Below, in pieces: positions 26,805-40,440 of a stretch of DNA of 64,000 nucleotides. The stretch covers positions 175,274,001 through 175,338,000 of the forward strand of contig OZ024742.1 of NCBI GenBank assembly GCA_964016885.1. The letters run 5' to 3'. The first letter of the stretch is position 1, and every line of letters begins with the position of its first letter. Position numbers and translations under genes: made by a program. Below the pieces are notes generated by a model. That model had not been told where the DNA came from, searched no databases, and worked only from the letters and a program-made list of their open reading frames with translations. Origin of the DNA: Eledone cirrhosa. Taxonomy: Eukaryota.

Positions 26805-27215
26805 GTGCTATGATAAAATTTACCTAGCCTACTGTGTAAAATGATATTGCTGATGCCACAATAAAATATACCCAACCTACTCTATAAAGTGGTAGTGCTG
26901 GTGCCATAGTAAAATACACCCAGTACCCTCTGTAAAGATGAAATGCTAGTGCTATGGTACAATACACCCAGCCTAATCTGTAAAGTGGTAATGCTGATGC
27001 TATGATAAAATGCACCTGCAAGATGGTAGTGCTGGTGTCACAATAAATGCACCCAATGCATGCTGTAAATTGCTTCTGTAGCCATAGAAACCATGCCAAA
27101 ATGGAATGTATGAAATATACATGGTCATCTGATCTGTCTAATCTCTGAATGAGACAACCCATCTACCCTATGCTAGCATGGAATATATATGTAAAATGGT
27201 AGTGAGGATGATGAT
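26805..27215 (+). mobile_element. RTE-3'UTR-derived element with expanded ~48-bp repeat
   Basis: Same unit as 7590-7880, about 6 copies, ending atgctagcatgg...gatgat. Confidence 0.7.
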
Positions 27216-29029
27216 CTCAGTGAAGGTTGGAAGCCAAACATTCACAGGACATTACCTTAGTAAAGCCTGCAGAACAGAGGATATTATAAGAGAGAGCATG
27301 TGGATGGCTTTGAGTGAAAAGAAGTGACCATTGGAGTCAGGATATTGGTACTTGGACATAGGCTTATTCAATTTGGTCAGGTCATATGAGAATGTATGTT
27401 GTGCATAAGCCCCCAAAACAAAGAATGACTTGAGAATACAACATTAACAATGTGTCCAAGTATTTGAATTTATAGGTTTATGAACAATTAGATGTGTATA
27501 TCATATCTGGAAAATAATCTTTTCCAATGCTCTTATAATTACAAGTTATTTATTGATCACAGAAAGATCAATGGTAAAATTGACCTCAAGTGGTATTTGA
27601 ACAGTTGACTTTGCATTTACATTACTCTATATATACTATTATATTTTCACGGTAAAAGCTTTACCTTACATAATTATCTCACATAATAGTGAATCTATAC
27701 CTTAACATCAATAGAAGTAACAAGTTACAGCCAGTTTGAACAGAAAGAGGTGAGAAAATTCTGGCTGGATTTAGAAACTCAATGCGATAGAATTTTTAAA
27801 TGACTAAAAGCCCAAACAATGTGTATAAAGATTTGAAATGTTTTTTACTCATGAATAAAAGACTACATTTTAATTCTTTATGTTTAGACATTTATTCATT
27901 TAAAAATGTTAAAATATTGTCAAAACGCTTCTAACATCTGCCCCAAAACTCAATTTATATATTTAATTCATCATCGTTTAACATCAATCTTCCACGCTAG
28001 CATGGATAGAACAGCCTGTCCCTTTGTGAGAGATCAGGTCGGGGGGACCGTGATTCGCTCAAACAGAACTGATTTTGGCTTGGTTTCTACAGCTGGATGC
28101 CCTTCCTAATGCCAACCACATTTACAGTGTGTGCTGGGTGCTTTTTGTTGTGACACCTACACAACCACTTTACAGTGTAGACTGGTTATTTTTTGTTGAC
28201 TCAAAACAAACAATAAAATAATTGCTATTATGCAGTATATAACTCAAAGCACCAACCTTATCTACAATACTTCAACACAACCCAAAGTTTACAACCTAAC
28301 CATTACATGATTGCTTCAATGTGCAACAAATAACTGCCAAATTCTTTAGAAATTGTACCCTAACGTCTCAAGAAATGGAGACATTGTGTAATGTAGTCGG
28401 AGCCTCAACAATTACTCTTTACATCCTATAATGGTTCAGCAGAAAATATCTAAAAATGGGTTTGTTAATTCAAATGTTTGTAGTATTTTCATTAGTTGAC
28501 AGATCCCTGAAAATTTGTAATATTAGAGTAGCAGTGGCTTTCATTGTTATTTGGATTCAATAATGATGTTTTGTACTTTTCAAGAATGTTTTGCTAATGT
28601 AGTTTTGCTAATTCCATTTGTTATAGTATATTTACTAGTAGACAGATTATTATGAAAATTTGCAGTGAAATAAAATAAATACTTCAATTTCTAAAGTGAT
28701 TTAATAAAAGTTCTCTTTTATACTTTTCAAGAATGTCTTGCTAATGTGGTTTCAAGTAGTATAGGACATTAAAAGTTAATCTAATGCTCCAACCAATCTA
28801 ATGTTTCCTGTCAACTTTTAGTTACCATTGAGACAGTGTTATTTTAGAAACCCTAACTGCCAGCAATAAGTAGAAACAGTTCTTTAGTTCTACACATTTC
28901 CATTAACAAACTTGCCTACTATTCATATAGGTAAGTTTTCTGCAAGTATGTGTGATTCATAATTCATCTATCAATGTATTAAAATGTATTAAAAAAAAAG
29001 GATAACATGCAAAAGATATGTATTTCCTT

Positions 29030-29430
29030 TCTTTACCCTCTTATTCCTGTCAGGGTTGTGGAGGCAGTGTCCTCAAGTACACCTTCCAGTAGATCCTGTC
29101 AGAAACACACATCTCCAATTGATCCAGATGGATCCCTAAGCATGACCAGACAAATTCATGGATGTTATCCAGCATCTTGCTCAGGGTCTGCCCCTGGATC
29201 TCCTGCCAGCTGGTTTTGCCCGTAAAATCTGTCCAGCTATCTTTTTCAGAGACATTCTAACCACATACATATCCATAATATCAGAGCTATGATCTCTCAA
29301 TTTAGAGAAATAGCAGCTCTACCTGGAGCAACTCTTTGATCTCCAAACCATGCACACTATTGAGATATGTTACTCCAATCCCCTTCGAAGGAACCCTACT
29401 TTGATCGCTTGTATTTGTAACTGTGTTCTT
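29030..29430 (-). mobile_element. 3' fragment of another RTE-like LINE family; sister copy at ~48250-48620 (+)
   Basis: Reverse complement aligns with 48318-48620; translates ~IERS...RILRAKPAGRRSRGRP..RCWITS. Confidence 0.7.
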
Positions 29431-30071
29431 TCGAAAAGGTATAAGAATAATATATTTGAGATAATTATCAAAATCATAATGAATGTTGTCATAGGAGAAA
29501 TCTCATTGAACTATCATGAACAAATGGAAATGAAAACAATATATTGTTATTTTTTCATTTTGGGGTGTGTGTGTGTGTGCACTGGAGAGGGCTGAGGGTG
29601 AGGTTTATTGAAGCAGATCTATTTTGTATGAAGAGTATATTAATGAATAAGAAAACATTTTGAAAATTACAAAGTATTCATGTAGTAATATATATTTTTG
29701 GTTTCTTTCTCAAAGAATTTTCTGTAATTGCATAATTTGATTGGCACTTTAACATTCTATCTAGCACTACACTTCACTGAATCATATTCCTTGCAAAGTT
29801 ATAGTTTGTCATTTCCAGTGAATTGTGTGCATAGATAATTCCATACATTCTCATAGAAACTTTCTACTCCCTCTTTCTCTCTGTCCTTTACTCTCTTTCA
29901 TTTTCTCTCTCACTCTTATGATAGGCAAAAATAATTAGAATTTTAAATATACTGAATTAGATCTTTTTTCTTTTATACAGTAGTTTTGTTTTTAGTCTCA
30001 TGTACATCTGTACATTCTAATTTTGCAGGCAATATCAAAAAGCACAAACTCCATGCATTCACTCAACTAAG

Positions 30072-30121
<50 letters not shown>

Positions 30122-31369
30122 AGTATACTAAATGAATGTGCTTTTATTACATACACAAATAAATTAAGTTAATAATAATAATAAAGAGTAGTTTTCTCCT
30201 GAAGTATCACTATCTAAAAAGCCCAACATCTATAGATATATTTCTAATGCTTTTAAGTTGATTACTTTGCCAAAGTTTGTTGATCTAACATCCTGAAATG
30301 GATCGGATCCATTTCTGTTCTCATTAAATGAATTCTTTCTCTCTCTCTATATATATATAGCATCATAAATTGTCTTTTTCTATTATTGTAAGTTTGCCAT
30401 GGATTAGAGATACACAAAACTTGGTATGGTTAAAGGAAACTTACCCTAAAAGTAGTGAGAGGGAGAGCAAAAAGAAAAAAAAGTGAGAATGAAGGAAGTA
30501 AAAAAAAGAAGATAAACATGTTTTACAGATCTTTTTTATTTTCTTGCTGTCAGTTGTAAAGAGGTCTGTAAAAAATAATATCTTAGATCATGTCTGGTAA
30601 AGTGATATGAACAGTCAAGTGAAACACAAGACATTCTCTCATTCTCCATTTAGTCCTTTTAAAGTCCAATGATTTCTGTTTTTGTAGACTCCTAATGATT
30701 CTTGATTGGAAGGAAGAAGGGATTACCAGCAAAAGCTTTCAAACTCCGTGTTCACTTTTCTAATCAATTATTTATTTACATGCTAGAACTATTGATATAA
30801 GCAAGACAAAGTCTTAACCTTATTTGATATATTCTGTTACTGGTCTCAGTCATTAGACTACGCCCATGCTGATATACAATAGTGTTTTGTTTTTTAATTT
30901 TCATCAGTCATACCTATTATGCCCCCCCCCCCCCACACCACCACCACACACACTATATATTTCATCTTGATATTTATTTGTCAGTCAATCAAATTGCGAC
31001 AAACTGGTAGTCATTAGAACATCGGTTAGAATGCTTTGAGATATTTGTTCCAGATCTCTGTGCAATTAGTTCAAACCCTACTGAAGTCAACTTTGCCATT
31101 CATCCTTTAGAGGTTTCTAAATAAAGTACCAGCCCTATACTAGGGTCAATTTCTCCTCCAGTTCTGTTTCTCTATTACCCCCTTTCCCTCTCTGGAAGGA
31201 ATCTGCAGTGTTCAAACCTGGAGAGGAGAAATGCTCTGCCAGGTTTTTAAAATTGCCCAGGAAATGCCATATGTCACTACAACATCATTAGGAGTTGTGG
31301 ATTCATCCATACATGATACCAGTACATATTTCAACTTGGTATTTATTTGTTGATATCTATTTGGCTGTG

Positions 31370-31495
31370 GATGCAGCATGGCTGAATGTTTAAGAAGTTT
31401 GCTTTGGGATCATAAGGTCATGCGTTTGATCCCACTGCATGACATCTTGGGTAATTGTCATGTGAGTGAAACTATGTAGACAGAAACTATTTGAG
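31370..31495 (+). mobile_element. tRNA-derived SINE family C fragment; other copies ~38195-38330(-), 44800-44955(-)
   Basis: gcatggctgaatgtttaagaagtttgct...gtttgatcccactgcatgacatcttggg...gtagacagaaact; degenerate A/B boxes. Confidence 0.6.
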
Positions 31496-31537
31496 AATCA
31501 GGCTGATGGGCTGTACCAGTAATTCAAAGAGGCAGAT

Positions 31538-32840
31538 ATCATCATCATCATCATCATCATCATCGTTTAACGTCCGTGTTCCACGCTTGCATGGGTTTGG
31601 ACGGGGGTTTTCCCACTTGAGGCAAGAGTGATTGTCTTGCTCGCATAGGACTGTCTGGCAGGTTTTCTACAGTTGGATGCCCTTCCTAACACCAACCACA
31701 TTTACAGTGTGGGTCTGGGAGGTTTTTACCGTGTTGCCTACACGGCCACATTACAGCGTGGACTGTGTGTTTTTTGTCGTGACACCTACACGATCTCATT
31801 TGTTTCGGCCTGGATCGTGTGGCACCAACATAACTTTACATAGAAGGGGGCGGTGTGGATGGGGTGGGGGTTGTGGGACGGGGGTGTATTTTGTTAGAGA
31901 TGCCTACTGACTGTAGTAGGTTTTACTTTGTATTTAGGTAAGGCGGGTCTTCTCTATTACTGAGTACCGCCAAAGGTCTCGGTCCAGTGACATTGTCTTG
32001 GTGAGGTGTAAGTGTGTGAGGTCGGAGTTTATCAGCTCGTCCCAGGTTTTTCTGGGTCTGCCTATTCCGTGGCTACCGTCTATCTTTATTGCCCTGCACT
32101 TTGTTATACAGCTATCGTCCTTCATGCGCATCACGTGACCATACCAACGTAGCCTTCTCTCTAGTAAACAACATCTGATCCCTCTTATTTCTAATTTTTT
32201 CCTTAGATCGTTTATGCTTTGTCGTTCACGTATATTACTATTACACATCCAGCGGAGCATGCAAGCTTCGTTTCTCTCTAGTCTGCGTATATCCTCTGCA
32301 CACAATGCCCAGGTCTCACTGCCATGCAACATTGTTGTTCGTATGCAGGCATCGTACAACCTGCCTTTCATTTTTAGGGAGAACCCTTTAGCGGCTAATA
32401 GTGGTATAAGCTCTCTGAACTTTTTCCACCCAGTTCTGACTCTAGCTACTGTACTTTCAGAGCACCCTCCCCCACTGCTGATTTTGTCACCCAGGTAACG
32501 GAAGCTGTCCACTATTTCTATAGAACCCTCTGCGCAGTTGAAAGAGGTAGTATTTTGTGGGCACTTGCTGCTACTTATTGCCCCAGAACACCGGCCACAT
32601 GTAAAATCTATGTTCTTAGTTAGCTTACCTGTGATCCCACTACATCTTTTATGAACCCAAACTTTGCATTTGGGACACAAAATGGAATTTCTACCTAGGC
32701 CTTTCCCACACCCTTCTCATGGCCACTTCCCGGAGGAGACCGCCGCCTTATTTTCTTTCTTACAAACTAGAACTTTAGTCTTAGCCAGGTTAATTTTAAG
32801 GCCTTTTGATTCTAGCCCGTGCTTCCATGTTTGGAATTTC
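31538..32840 (-). mobile_element. 5'-truncated young copy of RTE subfamily 2
   Basis: Nearly identical to 58482-59755; ORF 31934..32680; (GAT)n tail; candidate TSD (c)agatat at 31533-31539 and 32840-32846. Confidence 0.95.
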
Positions 32841-33039
32841 AGATATATAGATATAAACACACATATACATACTTACAAACACACATATATGTATATATAG
32901 ATACATACACAGATGCAGATACTAACATGCATATAGTCACTACTAATAACAAATACAAAGACAAAAATCCAGAAAGCACTCGATAATAGTTGTATATATA
33001 TAAATGATATATATATATATATATAAACATGCAAAGCAA

Positions 33040-33490
33040 ATATCATTAGCACAGATTAACAGGTTAGGCAAACAATTTCTGCTTTCACCCTGAAGTGGGA
33101 TCTTCTGAAAGCAAGAAATATCAATCCAAGGGTACAATGTAAATGTTTCAAAAAAAATATCACCATATATTGTCTTTAAAAAATAGAAAGACATAATAGT
33201 TGTTTCTACTTTTGGCACAAGGCCATCAATTAACCAGTGCATTACTGGTACTTTATTTTATCGACCCCGTAAGGATGAAAGGCAAAGTTAACCTCGGTGG
33301 GATTTAGAAAGACATAATAGTATCATGTGAAATGTTCTCTTGAGATATAATGAAATATATTTTGGTCATAATGTTCTTTGAAATATTTACATATGCATCC
33401 ATGGATTGATATTTTTCAGTTTCAGAAGATCCCAATCTAGGGGGAAATCAGAAATTGTTTGCTTAAACTTTTAATCTGTGCTAATAATTA
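33040..33490. mobile_element. Fold-back element with a nested, 5'-truncated SINE B (33201-33304, -)
   Basis: Arms ttagcacagatta...gggatcttctgaaa / tttcagaagatccc...taatctgtgctaa. 17-bp TSD tagaaagacataatagt at 33184-33200 and 33305-33321. Confidence 0.8.
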
Positions 33491-33754
33491 ATATATACAT
33501 ATAAATATATATATATATTAGTTTATGCTGTAATGTGGTCGTGTAGGTAACACGGTAAAAAGTTCCCAGTTCCACACTGTAAATGTGGTTGGTGTTAGGA
33601 AGGACATCCAGCTGTAAAAAACCTGCCAGATACAGTCTTATATGAGCGAGACACGGTCACCCGACCAACCTTGCCTCAAGTGGGACAACTCCCGTCTAAC
33701 CCATGCTAGCGTGGAAGATAGTCATTAAACGAAGATGATGATGACATATATATA

Positions 33755-34710
33755 GGGTTAGAAGGTAAACGGGATGTAAACAAGAGAAGAAAAGTATCCC
33801 TTCAGCAGCTGTTTACTACAGATCATAGATGTTTCGGTGTTTAAAACAGAACATCAAGAGAGAGGAAGAAGAAAAAAAGGAAAAGAGGAAAAGATGAAGT
33901 AAACATACTGATATAAGTTGGGACACAGGACAATGGCACTGTATGTAAAGTAATCGAAGAGAAAGTGGAATAAGTTATAATAAGCCGATGGGTATAAGCC
34001 CACTGGTGGTGATAACAGCGGAGCAAGGTTCTTCCGTGGTGATCTAGGTAAAGTGAGGGTAGAGAGAGGGAAAGACGGAGGGACCGAAAGTGAGAGGGGG
34101 TGAACAATAGGAACAGAGAGGGAGAAGAAGGGAAAGGGAGTTAATAGAAAAGAGTTTTACGACACGTGTGACCAGGCCGAAAACAACCAAATGGGTAGAG
34201 AGAGTGAGAGAGAAAAGGAGGGAGTCAATCTGAAAGACAAATCGAGCAAGACAGGCAGAGAGGTCACAGCATTAAATACAAAATTACAGGTGAAGAGTTC
34301 TAACTTTTCACTCGTAATTTTGTATTTCTCTCTCTCTCTCTACCCACACTTTACTGAGATTACCATGGAAAAACCTTGTACCGCTGTTATCACTGCCAAT
34401 GGGCTTATATCTATCGGTGTACTATAACTTATTCCAGTTTCTCTTCGGTTACTTACATACAGTGCCATTGTCCTGTGTCCCAACTTATATCAGTATGTTT
34501 ACTTCGTTTTTTCTTCTCTTTCTTTTTTCTTCTTCCTCTCTCTTCACTGTCACTTCTTTCCCTCATGGCCTTTAGATGGATAAAAGGCCATAGGAATGCT
34601 ACAGATCGATGTTCTGTTTTAAGCGCCTAAACATCTATGATCTGTAGTAAACAGCTGATGAAGGGATACTTCTCTTCTCTTATTTACGTCCCGTTTACCT
34701 TCTAACCCTT
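33755..34710. mobile_element. ~950-bp element with ~310-bp inverted arms (MITE-like or Penelope inverted pseudo-LTR remnant)
   Basis: 33755-34070 is inverted at ~34330-34709, e.g. gggttagaaggtaaacggga / tcccgtttaccttctaaccc. Arms contain ctgatgaaggga and gaaacatctat motifs. Confidence 0.8.
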
Positions 34711-35760
34711 CGTTTTCAGTAACCACACAGCCTAACTCTTCACCTGTCATTTTATATATATATATATATATCTATACATAAAAAGAGAGAGGGGTGGGTG
34801 GGTATACAAATACACATTAGGATACATAAACTCATATAGATATACACATAGATATGTAGTACATATTATATTCATTAGGGTAATTGTTCATATAGCTAAC
34901 CTGCTATTTCAATGCTATCCCATTATTTCAGGAGGTCACAAATATGTTCACAATGTTTTACAGTTGGAAGCATTTCCTAACCCTAACCTATTTAGTCATT
35001 TATTATGATGAAAACGGATATGGTGTTCCTATTCTAAAGTGGATTCACATGGTTCATATATATATATATATACATACTTTCCCCTCCACCTCATCCTTCC
35101 ATACAACCCTCCCTCATCCACGTCCCTCACCTTTTTGCACCTCCCATGTCTCAACACTCCACTCATGTCTGAACACACCCCGAGCCATCACACACTCCTC
35201 AATTTACGTCCCCAATAACCTCCTTATATAAGTCACCAGCACACACTTTAAATCCAGTTGGTGTTAGGAAGTGTATCCAGCTGTAGAAACTAAGCCAAAA
35301 TCAGTCCTGTATGAGCAAGTCATGGTTATCATACCTGGCTTGTCTCACAACAGGACAACTCATCTAACCCATGCTAATGTGGAAAATGGATGTTAAACAG
35401 TGATGATGATATATATATATATATATATGTGACAGTTTTGTAATTTGCTTGAAGCACTGTGGAATATGAAAATTGGTTGTGTTTAGGAAGCCACTACAAT
35501 GCAGATGGGGTTGTAAGTATTCAAGCAACAAACTCGGGTGAAGAAATAGAGAGGTGTGTTTGAGAGCAGGAAAGGAAAAAGAAGAAAGAAGCAGGGATAA
35601 TATCACCTTAGAATTATTTATTGGTTCTTATATTACGGAGGTACCAAAATATAGTCAATGGATTCCAAAGGGAACTTTGAATGTCGGAGAGGATCTTTTT
35701 GTGCCTTCGAGTGGCTCATGTTTGAGTTAGAACATATGTTATACATGTATATTCTTTATT

Positions 35761-35893
35761 ATGGTTAAGTCTAAACTCTTCTTACTCTGAAGTTTCACCT
35801 GAGCACTCGCTAGTTAATTAGATAATAGTTGCCTGATGATCCTGTGAATGCACAGGTGAAACTGCAGGGCAAAAGGACTCACCATCTAACCAT
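35761..35893 (+). mobile_element. Fold-back element with decayed hammerhead motif
   Basis: TTGC-CTGATGA-T-CCTGTG aatg CACAGG-T-GAAAC-TGCA-G-GGCAA at 35829-35872; inverted partial copy at ~35787-35810. Confidence 0.65.
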
Positions 35894-36646
35894 AATTATA
35901 CTCTACTTTAGTATTGAATACTCATTTTCATGTCCAGCAATATCACATGTATATATATATATATATACACATATTATTGTTATTATTATAATACATTCAA
36001 AGTTCCGCCGAGGTTAACTTTGCCTTTCATCCTTACGGGGTCGATAAATAAAGCACCAGTAATGCACTAGGGCCGATTTAATCGACTCCCCCCCCCCCTT
36101 CCAGTTGCCAGCCTTGTGCCTAAAGTAGAAACCATTATATTACATTCAAAGTAAAAGGTGTCATGAATGATACAACATCAAACATGTCTTGTCTCCAAAA
36201 AACAGCTCAAGATAGAATTCAGAGAATAAAATCAAGCCTTAATCATTATAAGAAAGTGAATGAAATATATCCATACACATAAGTATGTATTAAGATACAT
36301 CAAAACTTAAAACTAGAGACAATCTGCACTGAATGTAAGATTACATAATTCGTTGAGTATCTTAATAAATTTAATTAAAAAATTAACACAAAATACCTGA
36401 TAACGATCAATATATTTCCTTCATATGAATTCTTCACAAAACCAGAATACATTTCACCAAATAACAGCGAAATTAGGTATTTTGAAACGGATCATCAGTG
36501 AGGGAATCTCAAAATCACCTAATCTCTTCAATAGAAAGTGACTAAATGAACATAGTATCAATATATGAATTTAGCACCTGCAATGACATGAAAGGGTTCT
36601 CATCCACTAGAAATAGCAGTCCAGACTCTCGACATATTAAACAGCT

Positions 36647-36900
36647 TGTGGGTATGGTGTGGCGTGTGGTGGCCGGAGGCGCGGGGGGCTCGACCGGAAG
36701 GGGTTTTTGACCGGAAGGATGCTCGACCGGAAGGCCAAGGAGAGGGCCTCTCTCTAGTGGTGACCAGCATACGGTGTGGACGCGAGTTTTGGGCAGCTCC
36801 CGGTGTTAAGCAGTCGGACGCACGTGGAAGAGGAGTACCTGCAGTGGAATTTAGCGGCGCCTGTGAAAAGCGGTAAGTGAGATAGCTTTTTCTAACCACA
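36647..36900. mobile_element. Solo LTR (254 bp) of an LTR retrotransposon
   Basis: TGTGG...CCACA termini; 5-bp TSD CAGCT at 36642-36646 and 36901-36905; GC/CpG-rich island in AT-rich context. Confidence 0.85.
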
Positions 36901-37184
36901 CAGCTCACCAAATATTCACTTTCTTATATATATATATATATATATATATATCATCATTTAACATCTATCTTCCACGCTAGCATGGGTTAGATGGGTTTGT
37001 CCCATTAGAGGCTAGTTGGGTCAGGTGATAGTGTCTCGCTCATATAGGACTGTTTCTGGCTGGTTTGCTACAGCTGGATGCCCTTCATAATGCCAACCAC
37101 ATTTAGAGTGTGCTGGATGCTTTTTGCTGTTTCACCTACATAACCACTTTACAGCGTGGGCTGGATGTTTTGTGGTACCACTAT

Positions 37185-37407
37185 AATATATATATATATA
37201 TCATGATAATGATGATGATATATATATATATATCATGATAATGATGATGATATATATATATATATCATGATAATGATGATGATATATATATATATATCAT
37301 GATAATGATGATGATATATATATATATATCATGATAATGATGATGATATATATATATATATTATGATAATGATGATGATATATATATATATATCATGATA
37401 ATGATGA

Positions 37408-37441
<34 letters not shown>

Positions 37442-37503
37442 TCATAACGATGATGATGATATATATATATCATCATAACAATGATGATATATATATATAT
37501 ATA
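37185..37503. repeat. Compound (TA)n-catgataatgatgatga minisatellite
   Basis: About 9 units of ~31-33 bp. Confidence 0.9.
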
Positions 37504-37838
37504 TTAGATTTTATGCATATACTTCCATATTTTCACCAATACATCATAGTAGAGTTTCAAAATATATTCAGAAATATTAGAAGTTATATAATAAATATTA
37601 TAGACTGAAATATTTGATCTCAGATAATAATTATTTCAAAGAAATGTTAGCTCAGAGCTGAGGATACGTTCTTCATTTTTCTAAAAAATAAAATAGCTGG
37701 CTTTAGCTGTCTGTCATTGTATTATTAAAAGATAATTATGTTTCTATTACATTACTACCATCAATTTTACTCGCAATTTTAAAATTGTTATTGTTTACTC
37801 AGAAGGAATGTCAGAGTTCATGATCCTTCTCAGAGCCT

Positions 37839-38026
37839 CTGTGACTGAAGGTGGGAAATGAGAGGAAAATATTGTCTAAATGGTAGACTTTATATATATA
37901 TTGCATTAGTTTAACACAACAACCCAGAATCTTGGGTACTTTTTGTGGATTCCCTTCCGTTGCAAACCATCAGGCGCGATATCCATTTAGAAAATATTTT
38001 CCTCTCATTCCCCACCTTCAGTCACA
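37839..38026. mobile_element. Small inverted-repeat element (~44-bp arms)
   Basis: tgtgactgaaggtgggaaatgagaggaaaatatt..ctaaatgg / ccatttag..aatattttcctctcattccccaccttcagtcaca. Confidence 0.75.
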
Positions 38027-38571
38027 ATTTCTACAATAGGTGTTCCAGTTGTTTGATCAACATACCACCTTGCTCATGAAATTAATGTGTAAGTGGTTGA
38101 GCATCCCACAAGACATATGTACCGTTAATGTAATTCTCAGGGATATTTAGCCTGGTGCAATGGGTGGCAAGTACAAGTACAGTCAGTCCCTCCAATGGGC
38201 TTCCACACAGTTACTGACTATGCAATTTCACTCATATGACAAGGGTTGAATTGTGGCTATGGTAAATGACACTTGCCCGGGACGTAATAGTTGCAATATG
38301 AAGAAGACATTAAACATTCAGGCATGCTATGCCAACTGAAAATCTACCACTCAAGTAAGCAATGCCAAAATTTGAACACAATGCAAAGAGCTAAATGAAA
38401 TAACACAAAACATTTTTTCCTACACTTTAATACTTCTGATAATTTGCCATTTATTTACTAAATATCCCCTAATATCAGTAATACTAATAATTGTTTCTAC
38501 ATTTGACACAAGGACAACAATTACCCAATACATTACTGGTACTTTATTTTATGGACGCCATAAGGATGTTA

Positions 38572-38960
38572 CAATGAAGTTACATCTGATACCCACTATG
38601 TCACACTGAAGTTAAATCTATCTATCCACTATGTCACACTGAAGCTACACCAATCTATCCACCACATTATACTGAAGTTACATCTATATATCCACCATGT
38701 CACACTGAAGTTAACTCTATATATCCACCATGTCACACTGAAGTTGAATTTATCTATTTATCCATCATGTTACACTGAAGCTACATCTATCTATCCACCA
38801 GGGAAGTAACATTCACATTTCCACTATACTGTTACTATTAATGTTACAGTTATATTTCCACCATGTTACAGTGATGTTACACACAGTTTCCCTGTGTTAC
38901 ATTGATGCTACATCTATGCATTAGTGTTACATTCAAGTAACATCTATATGTCCACCAACA
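38572..38960. repeat. ~32-bp degenerate minisatellite
   Basis: Unit tgtcacactgaagttacatctatctatccacca. Confidence 0.85.
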
Positions 38961-39883
38961 CATCAGTATCAGTGAGGCTATCAAGTTACTTTTCTATTTT
39001 CACAGTTATCTGCTGAGCTAGACTTCATTTATATAAACCTCAGCACTCTAATTTACCATTTTCCAGTTTTGCAAATTTCTTATTTTTCTTTTAAGTAGAC
39101 CATGATTAGAAAAAAGAATCTGACAAGAGAACATTTCAACACAGCAATTTGTTTAAACATAAAAAGATTTCACCAAAGAAATGTAGTAATACAATGTTGA
39201 CAAAAAAAAAAAATGGTGTTAAGAAATTGGATGAAAACTCATGTTATGAAACTGAAGGAAAATACAACAACCTAATGTGTAAGATTCCAGACATAGAAAT
39301 ATTTTATCAAAACAGAATCAGTGACCAATTCTGAGATTCTAGTGATAAATAATGACATAAAAGATGACTGATATTAGGAATAAATGCAATCAGAAGGTAG
39401 GAGTTTATGGTGCTGCTCATGTTGATGATGATCTTAGTCTGGTTTCTTTCTTTTGATGTTTTCAAACAATTTTCACATAAATAATTCCAATTATTAACTG
39501 TACTAAAAAAATATATATTTTCTGACTCTCTGCAGGCTGAGTTTCAATCTTGCTGAGGTTCATTTTGTTTTAAAGCCATCCAGGATCATCATTATACTTT
39601 GCAGTCATTTCCTCCTGCTTGCATGGGCAGGTCTTCTCTAGCATTGTATCCATCCCTTTGTTGTCTCCTTTGTTGTATTCTGTGAGATTCATTGTTTTAA
39701 GATCATCTCTTCCCCAATATTTCTCTACTGCCACTTTCATCCACTCTTGGCACTTCTTAACTTACTGATCATTATTCATATTTTTTACTAACAATATCAT
39801 CATCATAATTTTCACTAATTCAAATGCTAGGCTATATCTTACTGTTTTATATATGAATTCATGAAACATATTAACTCTTATCA

Positions 39884-40052
39884 TTGTTTCTACTTTTGGT
39901 ACAAGGCCAGCAATTACCCAGTGCATTACTGGTACTTTATTTTATTGACCCCATAAGGATGAAAGGCAAAGTTAACCTTGGCGGAATTGAAACTCAGACT
40001 GTATAGGGCCATAACACTATGCTGCAAAGACCAATACTGCCAATCCACTGCC
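39884..40052 (-). mobile_element. SINE family B
   Basis: Reverse complement of the 42593-42777 type. Confidence 0.8.
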
Positions 40053-40440
40053 ATATAAATAATGAACAAGAGAGGTGACAGTACACGCCCTTTGCGGAGT
40101 CCAACTCCTGCATTGAATTGGTTTGATTTAGCACCATTTACTTGAACACAAATGTGGTCATACACCATTTCAAGGTCTACAGAACATACCTTTTGGCAAT
40201 AATCCCCCGATTTCTCAAAGAACTACTATAGTGTGCAAATTTGATCAGCTGTGCTGCATCCTGCGTGAAAACTGCACTGTTCATCAAATAGCTTGGATTC
40301 AACAATCTCCCTGCATCTTTTTGTCAGATACTTAGCATAGACTTGTCTCCCTTTTTGAAAATTTTGATTATTGATCCCGATTGCCATTGCTTAGGTGCCT
40401 TTCCAGAAACCCAGGCCACCTGGCACACACAAGTCAGTCA
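40053..40440 (-). mobile_element. Degraded RTE-type RT fragment
   Basis: GVGLRKGRVLSPLLFIIYM in ORF 39926..40168; adjacent decayed EQCSF and VDLE motifs. Confidence 0.7.
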
